DNA of 64,000 nt from Macrostomum lignano. Its lineage: Eukaryota. The stretch is from NCBI GenBank assembly GCA_002269645.1, contig NIVC01000384.1, positions 124,001-188,000 on the forward strand, read 5' to 3'. Below the pieces are notes generated by a model, which saw only the letters and a list, made by a program, of their open reading frames with translations, was not told where the DNA came from and ran no database searches. A program made the position numbers and the translations under genes. This document shows, piece after piece, positions 12,845 through 26,644 of this stretch; the stretch's first letter is position 1; each line of letters begins with the position of its first letter.

Positions 12845-13375
12845 TCAAGGTAGATTTGTGAGTCAGGTAGATTTGTGAGTCAGGTAGATTTGTGAGTCAG
12901 GTAGATTTGTGGGTCAGGTAGATTTGTGGGTCAGGTAGATTTGTGGGTCAGGTAGATTTGTGAGTCAGGTAGATTTGTGGGTCAGGTAGATTTGTGGGTC
13001 AGGTAGATTTGTGAGTCAGGTAGATTTGTGGGTCAGGTAGATTTGTGGGTCAGGTAGATTTGTGGGTCAGGTAGATTTGTGAGTCAGGTAGATTTGTGGG
13101 TCAGGTAGATTTGTGAGTCAGGTAGGTTTGTGAGTCAGGTAGATTTGTGAGTCAGGTAGATTTGTGGGTCAGGTAGATTTGTGAGTCAGGTAGATTTGTG
13201 GGTCAGGTAGATTTGTGAGTCAGGTAGATTTGTGGGTCAGGTAGATTTGTGGGTCAGGTAGATTTGTGAGTCAGGTAGATTTGTGGGTCAGGTAGATTTG
13301 TGAGTCAGGTAGGTTTGTGAGTCAGGTAGATTTTTGAATCAGGTAGGTTTGTGAGTCAGGTAGGTTTGTGGGTAG
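12845..13375 (+). repeat. 17 bp minisatellite, copy 2
   Basis: Unit GTAGATTTGTG(A/G)GTCAG, same family and orientation as 9330-9990. Confidence 0.96.
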
Positions 13376-13974
13376 ATACCGACGGTAGATAGAGATGGTA
13401 GATAGAGACGGTAGATACAGACGGTAGATAGAGAGAGTCTAGAGATGTAGATAGTAGAGAGTCAGGTAAAGACAAGCGGAGATGAGCACTGAGTGAGCAA
13501 TAACTGTGCAATTATGCGGCTCTATGGGGGGGGGGGGCAGGCGGCAAAACAAATGAAAACCGGCAGCCTCAGCTCTTCAGTCTTTCGAGTTCAAAGGGCC
13601 GATAAGCAGCTGCCTCTGCTTTGATCAAAGCCAGTCCTCTGCCTCTTCGCAGCTGAAATCATTGCCCTGCCCTGGCACTCGTCCAAACGCACGCATCGCG
13701 CCCAACCCCCAACATCTCCATTTGCTAATTGCTAATCCTCTGCTCTGCAGTTTTATAATCCTGCAGTTTTTTAAGTGCAACCAGTTCCCAAGCCATGCTG
13801 AACTCGAATGCGCCCTCAATGTTTGTCCTGCTCATTTCATTTAAATCATCCATTCAACTAATACGGTGCATGGCGCGTTTATGCTTTGTACTGCTACTGG
13901 TTGCTAATATCAATTCCCATATAACATCAACTTGAGTCCGTTCCTATAGCTTTGACCCGGAGACTGATGCATAA

Positions 13975-14520
13975 TTGAATCTCAACCCAAATATGATGAC
14001 CCACTGACCCAATACCAAACTTGACCCAAATATCAATATGACCCACTGACCCAACACCAAACTTGACCTAAATATCAATATGACCCACTGACCCAACACC
14101 AAACTTGACCTAAATATCAATATGACCTATTAATCTAATACCAAACTTGACCCAATTATCAATATGACTCACTGATCGACCAATCTCGAGTCTCGACCCA
14201 AATATCAATATGACCCACTGACTACCCCAAAACTTGACCCAAATATCAATATGACCCATTGATCCACTATCAATATGACCCATTGACCCACTATCAATAT
14301 GACCCATTGACCCACTATCAATATGACCCATTGACCCACTATCAATCTTGACCCAAATATCAATATGACCCATTGACCCACTATCAATCTTGACCCATAT
14401 ATCAATATGACCCATTGACCCACTATCAATCTTGACCCATAAATCAATATGACCCACTGATCTACCACCAATCTCGGCCCATAAAAGTCTTGATTCAAAC
14501 ATTAGTCGATGACCCATCAT
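13975..14520 (+). repeat. Compound TGACCCA minisatellite
   Basis: TATCAATATGACCCA(C/T)TGACCCA modules of variable length. Confidence 0.88.
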
Positions 14521-15294
14521 GGCGAACCTCTTGACCTGAGCAATAAATAGTAAGTCCTTAAAAGCCTTCCAAATCCCTTATCCTTGACCCTTATCTCCTG
14601 TGTCGCAGGAACCAGAGCCCAGAAGCTAGCAGTTAGCCCCAACCCACTCAACAAGTAGTCAGCTCCCGAATTAAAATTGAATTTTTGCATTCGATTATGA
14701 ATAAGTGGCGGGGTGGATCTATGCTGCTAGTTGAAGACAGAAATTTCTATGTTTATGACTGACTCGCATGAATAGACCGGATCACTGCGATGAGTCACTG
14801 TGGCTGTAACATATTTCTCTGTGCTTAGCTTTAGTGAATTAAGAGAAAAAATAAGAATTGTGTGCTCTCCATATAGGAATGAAGTTCAAGTCATTTTCGC
14901 CATTCTACTCCTAAATATACATAACGTTTTTTTTCAGTATTGAAGCAGACTTTTGTCTTCTTTGGGACACTGACTGTTGAGTCTAAGGTCTCTAGGTCCA
15001 GTGTTGCTTTAACAGGAAATTTGTCTGTTGACTATCGACTTCTTCTGGCTCTGGCATTGGTCTGCCTATACAGCTGGGCTGAAGGGGGTTGAAGCCTCAA
15101 TGCAAGTTCTGCTAAGGAGTGTTTCAAGCTTGTGTTGGAACATGAATGCTAATGTTATGCTCTAGTCTGACTGTCTGCGCTAGCTGTGAGAATATCTACG
15201 AATATTTGGGAATGTTTGGGAATATTAGGGAATATCTGGAACAGCACGTGGTGGGAAAGCATCCAGGACAAAAGGGAGGTCGAGTATTCGTATG

Positions 15295-15780
15295 ATTGGA
15301 GAGGAGACTGGAGAGGGAGGACAAAATGGAAAAAAAGAGAGGAGGGAGGAGAGAGGAGAGAGAGGAGAGGAGAGAGGAGACAGGGGAGAGAGAAAAGAGG
15401 AGAGAAGAGAGGAGAGAGGAGAGAAAAGGGAGAGGAGAGGAGAGGGGAAGACCGTACATGAGAGAGGGGAGAGGACAGAGGACAGAGGGCAGAGGAGAGA
15501 AAAGGGAGAGGAGAAAGGGGAGAGGAGAGAGGGGAGAGGAGAGAGGAGAGATGGGAGAGGAGAGGGGGGAGAGGAGAGAGGGGAGAGGAGAGAGGGGAGA
15601 GGAGAGAGGGGAGAGGAGAGAGGGGAGAGGAGAGAGGAGAGAGGGGAGAGGAGAGAGGGGAGAGGGGAGAGGAGAGGGGGCAGAGGAGAGAGGAGAGAGG
15701 GGAGAGGAGAGAGGGGAGAGGAGAGATGGGAGAGGAGAGATGGGAGAGGAGAGAGAAGAGAGGAGAGAGGGGAGAAGGTA
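15295..15780 (+). repeat. Purine-only (GGAGA) array
   Basis: GGAGAGAGGGGAGA units. Confidence 0.92.
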
Positions 15781-16404
15781 GGGGTAGTGAGTCTGCCGCA
15801 GCTGAGTGAGCAGCTTACAATGCGAGCAGGCAATGAGGCCCGAGCGGTGAAGTCAGCAGGCCCCCATACCGATAGACAAAAGCAGACAGGCACAAGAGGC
15901 GATATGAATAACAACAGTCGGATGGAGCAGTGACAAAGGGTGGGAAAGTGGGAGCCAGGCGCACACAAAGGAGCAGACAGGGGCGAATCTGTAGGGGCAG
16001 ACAGTTCGGCGTCTCTGTATTGAATCCCATTTGAAATATCCCCCACTAAGGCTTACACAACTGGGGGAATGGCAACTACAGTCTGCTTCCCAACTGGGAT
16101 TCCACTAGCAAGAGGGCAATCTATCTGCAAAACAGCTGTTGCTCTTAGGCAGGCAATACTATACATTGTGCTTGTCAATTCCAATAGGCCCAGAACCAAC
16201 CTGGGCTATTGATTGGGCAGGTCATCTGATGCCACCCGGATCCAGACAATTGGTGCTTGCAAGTTCATTTATTTGCATTGGTTGATCTGATGCTTGTCAT
16301 TGAGAACCCGGTGTTCGATTGATGAGATGGTGTCAGTTGATCCGTGTTTGCACATTTTTGCTGCATTTGAGTCCATGAGGTCATTGAAATTATGAAGTCA
16401 AGCC

Positions 16405-16685
16405 TGAACACCTGAAATCCTTCATTCAGCTCACTATGAATGCCTGAAATCCTTCATTCAGCTCACTATGAATACCTGAAATCCTTCATTCAGCTCACTA
16501 TAAATGAATACCTGAAATCCTTCATTCAGCTCACTATAAATGAATACCTGAAATCCTTCATTCAGCTCACTATAAATGAATACCTGAAATCCTTCATTCA
16601 GCTCACTATAAATGAATACCTGAAATCCTTCATTCAGCTCACTATAAATGAATACCTGAAATCCTTCATTCACCTCACTCTGAAC
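16405..16685 (+). repeat. 36 bp tandem repeat (~7 copies)
   Basis: Unit TGAATACCTGAAATCCTTCATTCAGCTCACTATAAA, head to tail with no spacers. Confidence 0.95.
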
Positions 16686-17507
16686 ACATTACCAGAAACA
16701 GCTATCCCAAACTAAAATGGTTAAACTACAAAAAAGATTTTTGACATAGTTCGAAAACCGAATTTCCCACAGCTGTCATCGACTGATCTCCCACACACAA
16801 TCCCCCTCCCCCCCAGATGGCAACTGCCTCTTCGCCATCTCCATTAATTCGCGCTGACAAGCTCTCTGTCATCTTTCCCTCTGATCAATCTTCGACCGAA
16901 ATAATGCCAACCCCCCCCCAAATGACGCCATAATTACGGAGATACTCCTAGTTCAGTTTAGTAAGCAGCCTTCAAGCAATAACGCACACACACGCGCACT
17001 TGCTGCCAATTCTGCTTTTTTCGCTCTCGCTCTGTTTGTGTCATTTCTATCTTGTCTTTAAAGGCAGAGAGATGCCTCTCGCAGTGTTAGATTATTATCA
17101 ACTTCTGGCGACAGACTGTCTGACTGAAGAGCTTCGGCCACCGCGCGATATCATCTGCTGCACAATAGCCCCCCATGACAGTCCAGACTCTGATGCAGCT
17201 GCATCGCTATATTTTTCTGTATTTAATAAACTGACATTCTCTTAGAGACCGACAATTTAGCGACATACTCACTCTCCTTTTTGAGTTGTAAAAATTGTAA
17301 AAAGCCTTGATATTTACGATTCTGGTAAATTTACAGGCTAAATAGAACTGTTTTTCAACTATAGTCTACAAGATTTGTCTCTCGTGGGCGAATCATACTA
17401 CTTGGCGCACAAGCCTTAGTAGTCTAACTGAAGCAGGAAATGCGCGATTTTTTTCAAGCATGGAAAAAATATCGAACAGAGCGTCATCAATCGGATTAGA
17501 AGTGCAT

Positions 17508-19635
17508 TTGATACGGGTGTGTTAGATACGGGTGTGTTAGATACAGATGTGTTAGATACAGATGTGTTAGATACGGGTGTGTTAGATACGGGTGTGTTAG
17601 ATAGAGTGTGTTAGATACGGGTGTGTTAGATACGGGTGTGTTAGATAGAGTGTGTTAGATAGAGTGTGTTAGATAGAGTGTGTTAGATATGGGTGTGTTA
17701 GATACGGGTTTTTTAGATACGGGTTTTTTAGATACAGGTGTGTTAGATACGGGTGTGTTAGATACGGGTGTGTTAGATACGGGTGTGTTAGATACGGGTG
17801 TGTTAGATACGGGTGTGTTAGATACGGGTGTGTTAGATACGGGTGTGTTAGATACGGGTGTGTTAGATACAGGTGTGTTAGATACGGGTGTGTTAGATAC
17901 GGGTGTGTTAGATAGAGGTGTGTTAGATACGGGTGTGTTAGATACAGGTGTGTTAGATACGTGTGTTTTAGATACGGGTGTGTTAGATACGGGTGTGTTA
18001 GATACGGGTGTGTTAGATACGGTGTGTTAGATACGGGTGTGTTAGATAGAGGTGTGTTAGATACGGGTGTGTTAGATAGAGGTGTGTTAGATAGAGGTGT
18101 GTTAGATAGAGGTGTGTTAGATACGGGTGTGTTAGATACGGGTGTGTTAGATACAGGTGTGTTAGATACGGGTGTGTTAGATAGAGTGTGTTAGATACGG
18201 GTGTGTTAGATACGGGTGTGTTAGATACGGGTGTGTTAGATACAGGTGTGTTAGATACGGGTGTGTTAGATAGAGTGTGTTAGATACGGGTGTGTTAAAT
18301 ACGGGTTTTTTAGATACGGGTTTTTAGATACAGGTGTGTTAGATACGGGTGTGTTAGATACGGGTGTGTTAGATACGGGTGTGTTAGATACGGGTGTGTT
18401 AGATACGGGTGTGTTAGATAGAGGTGTGTTAGATAGAGGTGTGTTAGATAGAGGTGTGTTAGATAGAGGTGTGTTAGATACGGGTGTGTTAGATACGGGT
18501 GTGTTAGATAGAGGTGTGTTAGATACGGGTGTGTTAGATACGGGTGTGTTAGATACGGGTGTGTTAGATAGAGGTGTGTTAGATACGGGTGTGTTAGATA
18601 CGGGTGTGTTAGATACGGGTGTGTTAGATAGAGGTGTGTTAGATAGAGGTGTGTTAGATAGAGGTGTGTTAGATAGAGGTGTGTTAGATACGGGTGTGTT
18701 AGATACGGGTGTGTTAGATAGAGGTGTGTTAGATACGGGTGTGTTAGATACGGGTGTGTTAGATACGGGTGTGTTAGATACGGGTTTTTTAGATACAGGT
18801 GTGTTAGATACGGGTGTGTTAGATACGGGTGTGTTAGATACGGTGTGTTAGATACGGGTGTGTTAGATAGAGGTGTGTTAGATACGGGTGTGTTAGATAC
18901 GGGTGTGTTAGATAGAGGTGTGTTAGATACGGGTGTGTTAGATACGGGTGTGTTAGATACAGGTGTGTTAGATACGGGTGTGTTAGATAGAGTGTGTTAG
19001 ATACGGGTGTGTTAGATACGGGTGTGTTAGATACGGGTGTGTTAGATACAGGTGTGTTAGATACGGGTGTGTTAGATAGAGTGTGTTAGATACGGGTGTG
19101 TTAAATACGGGTTTTGTAGATACGGGTTTTTAGATACAGGTGTGTTAGATACGGGTGTGTTAGATACGGGTGTGTTAGATACGGGTGTGTTAGATACGGG
19201 TGTGTTAGATACGGGTGTGTTAGATAGAGGTGTGTTAGATAGAGGTGTGTTAGATAGAGGTGTGTTAGATAGAGGTGTGTTAGATACGGGTGTGTTAGAT
19301 ACGGGTGTGTTAGATAGAGGTGTGTTAGATACGGGTGTGTTAGATACAGGTGTGTTAGATACGGGTGTGTTAGATAGAGGTGTGTTAGATACGGGTGTGT
19401 TAGATACGGGTGTGTTAGATACGGGTGTGTTAGATAGAGGTGTGTTAGATACGGGTGTGTTAGATACGGGTGTGTTAGATACGGGTGTGTTAGATAGAGG
19501 TGTGTTAGATACGGGTGTGTTAGATACGGGTGTGTTAGATACGGGTGTGTTAGATAGAGGTGTGTTAAATAGAGGTGTGTTCGATACGAGTGTGTTAGAT
19601 AGAGGTTTGTTAGATAGAAGGTGTGTTAGATAAAG
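17508..19635 (+). repeat. 15 bp minisatellite (~140 copies)
   Basis: Unit GATACGGGTGTGTTA, main variant GATAGAGG. Confidence 0.98.
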
Positions 19636-20474
19636 GTGTGTTACATAATGAGGGCCCGACTCGAAGCACTTTTCCGTCGAATATCTGACAGGAGATCCTG
19701 AAAGCTAAACCTCCACCTTGCCTACCGTATCCGCCTCTTCTGTCTAATCGCCAAAATCGGGGCTCCTGATGACTCAGTGAGTGTCAGCCATCAAAGGAGT
19801 GTCTCTCGTTTTTTGCTTGGTTATTTTTCAACGGGACGAAGAGCGGGAAAAAAGCACATGCACCGCACACAGAAGGGCCGCCGGTGCATGTGGGAGGCCT
19901 CGGCTCCCCTCATTTGTCCTCATTAAGAGAGCGGAGATTGACTTTCTTGCTGTATGCAAAGAAAAAATATCCTTTATAGCTTGCTTCTTTTCGAATAGTT
20001 GTTTTTTAGTTTCCTCTCCCCGGCTGCCAGATGCTTATCAGAATCTTCAGAATTCTAGAAACAAAGAGCCAGCAGTCTTTGTCCAAGGCTTTTTCGCGTG
20101 GCACGCATCATCGCAGACTCTGGACCATTCGATTTTCAGTTTATCTTTGAGAACCTGGCCCTGCGTTGGACAACGGTTGGATAAGCTTAATCTATGAAGT
20201 CCTCTTGAAATGAATAAACAAAGACTTGGGAAGCATCTAGATTGTATAAAATTCCCCAGATTTGGATCCCATGGTCGCGTGCATGGGAGGTATGAAACAG
20301 TAGATAAATTTTTTTCTGCCAAAGCAAATCTTGATAATGTGCTACTGGCGAATGCCTGATAGACTGACAATTTTGAGTAGAATTTATGTTTCATTCAGAA
20401 ACAGAATTTGAAAACAGCAAATTAAGAAATTGAAAAATCAGACGTAAGTACGATGGTCCAGTCATAGGAGTGAC

Positions 20475-21315
20475 CATAGAGTGAACAGACTGGAGAGACC
20501 TGAGTGAACAGATAGGAGACACCAGAGTGAACAGACAGGAGAGACCAGAGTGAACAGACAGGAGACACCAGAGTGAACAGACAGGAGACACCAGAGGGAA
20601 CAGACTGGAGACACCAGAGTGAACAGACCGGAGAGTCCAGAGTGAACAGACAGGAGACACCAGAGTGAACAGACTGGAGACACCAGAGTGAACAGACTGG
20701 AGACACCAGAGTGAACAGACAGGAGACACTAGAGTGAACAGACCGGAGAGTCCAGAGTGAACAGACTGGAGACACCAGAGTGAACAGACTGGAGACACCA
20801 GAGTGAACAGACAGGAGACACTAGAGTGAACAGAACGGAGAGTCCAGAGTGAACAGACTGGAGACACCAGAGTGAACAGACTGGAGAGACCAGAGTGAAT
20901 ATACTGGAGAGTCCAGAGTGAACAGACTGGAGAGACCAGAGTGAACAGACAGGAGCCACCAGAGTGAACAGACTGGAGAGACCAGAGTGAACAGACTGGA
21001 GAGACCAGAGTGAACAGACTGGAGAGACCAGAGTGAACAGACAGGAAACACCAGAGTGAACAGACTGGAGACACCAGAGTGAACAGACTGGAGAGACCAG
21101 AGTGAACAGACTGGAGAGACCAGAGTGAACAGACAGGAGACACCAGAGTGAACAGACAGGAGACACCAGAGTGAACAGACAGGAGACACCAGAGTGAAAA
21201 GACTAGAAAGTCCAGAGTGAATATACTGGAGAGTCCAGAGTGAACAGACAGGAGACACCAGAGTGAACAGACAGGAGACACCAGAGTGAACAGACTGGAG
21301 ACACCAGAGTGAGCA
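20475..21315 (+). repeat. 23 bp minisatellite
   Basis: Unit ACCAGAGTGAACAGAC(A/T)GGAGA(C/G). Confidence 0.96.
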
Positions 21316-22014
21316 CACAGCTGAGATGAGATCCAAGGTGAAGGAGAGATTGGAGACACGGCAGTAAAAGCAAAAGCCAGAGATTCACTCACAGCTGGTG
21401 AAGCATGCCCAGTAAGTCCACAATGACACAGAGAAGCCAGTGAAAGCGCGGGCAGAGACTGCGAGAAAGGCTTGATCCCCATTCAGCTGATGCTAATCGC
21501 ATATCCCAAAGCCCCCCCCCCCCCTGTCGGTCTATTATTGGAAGTCTTCTCCTTGCTTTCACAAGCGATGGCTAAGAATGATGATGACATGATTCTAACC
21601 CCTCCCTCCAGCGTTGATGGCTTCTGGCATGCTGCGCCCCGTCTTTCCTCCCCAGTCCTTTGCCGCTTCTGCTGTTGCCAAGCCGGCAAAGCGTGGCTCC
21701 CTTCTCGGCTCTGTTTGTTGTCATCAGCTCCAGCTGTCACCGGGTGCTGTGGCCTCGCAAGCGTTGCATCTGCAACTGCAGTTTACTATGCCCAGGTCTA
21801 CTATAGAGCATAATATGCTTCTTGCAGACTGTCTGAGCTGTTGAAATCTTTTGAGTTTGTATCTGCCTTGCTGGTCATTCGTAAAAGTTATTTTACCCTC
21901 TATGAACCTTGCTGACCCTCCTTCTCCCGCTATTACTTTCTCTCTTTCTCTCTTACCCTCTTACGACACTGGCCCTCTTTGACCCTTTCAAAAACCCCTC
22001 TACCGTTTTAAACC

Positions 22015-22600
22015 TATCTGACCCTCTCTGACCCTCTCTGACCCTCTCTGACCCTCTCTGACCCTCTCTGACCCTCTTTGAGCCTATCGGACCCTCTCTG
22101 ACCCTCTCTGACCCTCTCTGACCCTCTCTGACCCTCTCTGACCCTCTCTGACCCTCTCTGACCCTCTCTGACCCTCTCTGACCCTCTCTGACCCTCTCTG
22201 ACCCTCTCTGACCCTCTCTGACCCTCTTTGAGCCTATCGGACCCTCTCTGACCCTCTCTGACCCTCTCTGACCCTCTCTGACCCTCTCTGACCTTCTCTG
22301 ACCCTCTCTGACCCTCTCTGACCCTCTCTGACCCTCTCTGACCCTATCTGACTCTTTCTGACCCTCTCTGACCCTCTTTGAGCCTATCGGACCCCTCTCT
22401 GACCCTCTCTGACCCTCTCTGACCCTCTCTGACCCTCTCTGACCTTCTCTGACCCTATCTGACTCTTTCTGACCCTCTCTGACCCTCTTTGACTCTATCT
22501 GGCTGTCTCTGACCCTCTCTGATACATTATGACTCTCTATGATCCTCTCTGACTCTCCCTGACACTTTCTGACCCTCTCTGACCCACCGACTCCCTCTCC
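22015..22600 (+). repeat. 10 bp minisatellite
   Basis: (ACCCTCTCTG)n with recurrent TTGAGCCTATCGG interruptions. Confidence 0.95.
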
Positions 22601-23204
22601 ACATATGCTCACGTAAACCCAAATCCATCATGCTCAAAGAACTCTGGCAGTGGCACAGCAACCCCTTCTTTGTTTTTTCTTTTTCCTGCCGTGCCGCACC
22701 TGACGCGGCTTCTCCTGCAAGCGATCCGGGCCTCATCTAGCTAGGAAGCTGGGCCCCAGCTAGATATCGTGATTTCCGTGAGCTTCACAAAAGAAAAAAT
22801 ATCTCGAAGATGGAAAAAACTGACTTACTGGGATGAAATCGAGGCTGACATTTTTCCAGCTCTTTTTTGAAGGCGCATTTGCAGTCATGCTTATCCCCTC
22901 TGCCCTAATCCTCCCACAGCTAACCTGGGCAGAAATCAGATTACTCTCAAGTCGGATCTGCATCTCAAACCCGTCATCATCATAATCAATTTTCCCTTCT
23001 CATTCTCATCCCTCTCTCTGTCTTCCCCCCTAGTCATCTGTTCGAGACAAATCTCCCCAGTTCGTTTCCTATACGGTGAAATCCCTTCTCTCCGTGTCTT
23101 CCTTTGTCTCCTCATTGCCATCTTCCTTGTGCATTCTCTCGTCTGGGACGGCCGGTCCACCTGAGGAGCACAGGGGGAGAGGGAGAAAGTGAGAGTGTGG
23201 CTGA

Positions 23205-23770
23205 GTGAGCGGGGATGTTAGAGTGTCAGCAGAGATGTTAGAGAGTGAGCAGGGATGTTAGAGAGTGAGCAGAGATGTTAGATAGTGAGCAGGGATGTTA
23301 GAGAGTGAGCAGAGATGTTAGATAGTGAGCAGGGATGTTAGAGAGTGAGCAGGGACGTTAGAGAGTAAGCAGAGATGCTAGAGAGTGAGCAGAGGTGCAG
23401 GATAGTAAGCAGAGGTGCAGGAGAGTGAGCAGAGGTGCAGGAGAGTGAGCAGAGGTGCAGGAGAGTGAGCAGAGGTGCAGGAGAGTGAGCAGGGGTGCAG
23501 GAGAGTGAGCAGGGGTGCAGGAGAGTGAGCAGGGGTGCAGGAGAGTGAGCAGGGGTGCAGGAGAGTGAGCAGGGGTGCAGGAGAGTGAGCAGGGGTGCAG
23601 GATAGTAAGCAGAGGTGCAGGAGAGTGAGCAGAGGTGCAGGAGAGTGAGCAGAGGTGCAGGAGAGTGAGCAGGGGTGCAGGAGAGTGAGCAGGGGTGCAG
23701 GAGAGTGAGCAGGGGTGCAGGAGAGTGAGCAGGGGTGCAGGAGAGTGAGCAGAGGTGCAGGAGAGTGAGA
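23205..23770 (+). repeat. 20 bp minisatellite
   Basis: Unit GAGAGTGAGCAG(A/G)GGTGCAG. Confidence 0.96.
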
Positions 23771-24299
23771 AGGGGAGTGAAATCGCAGAACAAAGTCCTC
23801 CATTGCCAGAAAAACAGCCTTCGCCAGAAGATTGTGTTTAACGGAGACAAGACAAAAGTTTCAGGAATTCTCGCACAGTATTATCAACGTAGAGCATCTT
23901 GGAAAGCAGTCGAACCGTTCTTCAACTTGTATGCGTATTACTTGCAGTTGTTGCCAACCGCGCCAACATATACTTGCCAGCAATTGTCACTGCCAATATT
24001 TCTGTTTGTCACCGCTGCTTCGACAGTCCTTCCTTTTTTGACCCTCAACCCCCCTGGTCCCAGCTTCCTTACCCTCCTCCCGCCTCATCGGGCTTCAGAT
24101 CTTGAATTCCTGGCTTCTGGGATGCTGCAGAAAAGGCAATAAAATCCATTCCAAATCACTTTTTTAACCATAGGGCAATTCGGTCAGCATGGAAGAGGAT
24201 TAGCCAAATTAATTTTTGTTATTGTTTACACACAAGTGGCTCTCGGATCTGACTCTGACCCCAATTAAACTGCTATCAATCTGAGTATTTTTAGCCGAA

Positions 24300-26515
24300 T
24301 GCCAGAGATACCAGAATGGCACACATCAGAAAACAGAAATGGCACACATCAGATAATAGGAATGGCACACATTAGATAACAGGAATGGCACACATCAGAT
24401 ACCAGAATGGCACACATCAGATACCAGAATGGCACACATCAGATAACAGAATGGCACACATCAGATACCAGAATGGCACACATCAGATACCAGAATGGCA
24501 CACATCAGATACCAGAATGGCACACATCAGATACCAGAATGGCACACATCAGATACCAGAATGGCACACATCAGATAACAGGAATGGCACACATCAGATA
24601 ACAGGAATGGCACACATCAGATACCAGAATGGCACACATCAGATACCAGAATGGCACACATCAGATATCAGAATGGCACACATCAGATACCAGAATGGCA
24701 CACATAAGATAACAGGAATGGCACACATCAGATAACAGGAATGGCACACATCAGATAACAGAATGGCACACATCAGATAACAGGAATGGCACACATCAGA
24801 TAACAGAAATGGCACACATCAGATACCAGAATGGCACACATCAGATACCAGAATGGCACACATCAGATAACAGGAATGGCACACATCAGATAACAGAAAT
24901 GGCACACATCAGATAACAGAATGGCACACATCAGATAACAGGAATGGCACACATCAGATAACAGAAATGGCACACATCAGATAACAGAAATGGCACACAT
25001 CAGATAACAGAAATGGCACACATCAGATAACAGAATGGCACACATCAGATACCAGAATGGCACACATCAGATATCAGAATGGCACACATCAGATACCAGA
25101 ATGGCACACATAAGATAACAGGAATGGCACACATCAGATAACAGGAATGGCACACATCAGATAACAGAATGGCACACATCAGATAACAGGAATGGCACAC
25201 ATCAGATAACAGAAATGGCACACATCAGATAACAGAATGGCACACATCAGATACCAGAATGGCACACATCAGATACCAGAATGGCACACATCAGATAACA
25301 GAAATGGCACACATCAGATACCAGAATGGCACACATCAGATACCAGAATGGCACACATCAGATAACAGGAATGGCACACATCAGATAACAGAAATGGCAC
25401 ACATCAGATAACAGAAATGGCACACATCAGATAACAGAAATGGCACACATCAGATAACAGAAATGGCACACATCAGATACCAGAATGGCACACATCAGAT
25501 ATCAGAATGGCACACATCAGATACCAGAATGGCACACATAAGATAACAGGAATGGCACACATCAGATAACAGGAATGGCACACATCAGATAACAGAATGG
25601 CACACATCAGATAACAGGAATGGCACACATCAGATAACAGAAATGGCACACATCAGATAACAGAATGGCACACATCAGATACCAGAATGGCACACATCAG
25701 ATAACAGGAATGGCACACATCAGATAACAGAAATGGCACACATCAGATACCAGAATGGCACACATCAGATACCAGAATGGCACACATCAGATAACAGGAA
25801 TGGCACACATCAGATAACAGAAATGGCACACATCAGATAACAGGAATGGCACACATCAGATAACAGAATGGCACACATCAGATAACAGAAATGGCACACA
25901 TCAGATAACAGAAATGGCACACATCAGATAACAGAATGGCACACATCAGATACCAGAATGGCACACATCAGATATCAGAATGGCACACATCAGATACCAG
26001 AATGGCACACATAAGATAACAGGAATGGCACACATCAGATAACAGGAATGGCACACATCAGATAACAGAATGGCACACATCAGATAACAGGAATGGCACA
26101 CATCAGATAACAGAAATGGCACACATCAGATAACAGAATGGCACACATCAGATACCAGAATGGCACACATCAGATAACAGGAATGGCACACATCAGATAA
26201 CAGAAATGGCACACATCAGATACCAGAATGGCACACATCAGATATCAGAATGGCACACATCAGATACCAGAATGGCACACATAAGATAACAGGAATGGCA
26301 CACATCAGATAACAGGAATGGCACACATCAGATAACAGAATGGCACACATCAGATAACAGGAATGGCACACATCAGATAACAGAAATGGCACACATCAGA
26401 TAACAGAATGGCACACATCAGATACCAGAATGGCACACATCAGATAACAGGAATGGCACACATCAGATACCAGAATGGCACACATCAGATAACAGGAATG
26501 GCACACATCAGATAC
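24300..26515 (+). repeat. 22-23 bp minisatellite (~98 copies)
   Basis: Unit AATGGCACACATCAGATA(C/A)CAG(G/A). Confidence 0.98.
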
Positions 26516-26644
26516 AATAATGAGACATTTAAACATAAAAATGATTAGGAGTCCAAATGAATTTCCCAATTCATAATTATACTAATTATCGCGAAGAGGC
26601 AAATGCATAGAATAGTGGACGGGGCAGGGTTTGCATCGAGCCAG

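Noticed and set aside
12845-14520. Inverted TGGGTCAG/CTGACCCA similarity between the 17-bp array and the 14 kb array
   Set aside because: Only about 8 nt are shared, both arrays are in the same intron and no exon is bracketed.
14609-14656. Strong-looking + strand acceptor (ctcctgtgtcgcag|) in intron 1
   Set aside because: The phase-1 reading hits TAG after 15 codons and there is no good donor. A poison exon cannot be supported without RNA data.
16405-16685. 36-bp repeat of CRISPR-like length
   Set aside because: Units are head to tail with no unique spacers, there are no cas genes, and the context is a eukaryotic intron.
17680-19633. GVLDT-repeat ORFs, and similar repeat ORFs at 20391, 29080, 32824, 36373, 40915, 43868, 51863, 58200 and 59361
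   Set aside because: Stop-free readings of minisatellites whose period is compatible with a frame. They lie within unc-5 introns and lack splice or start context.
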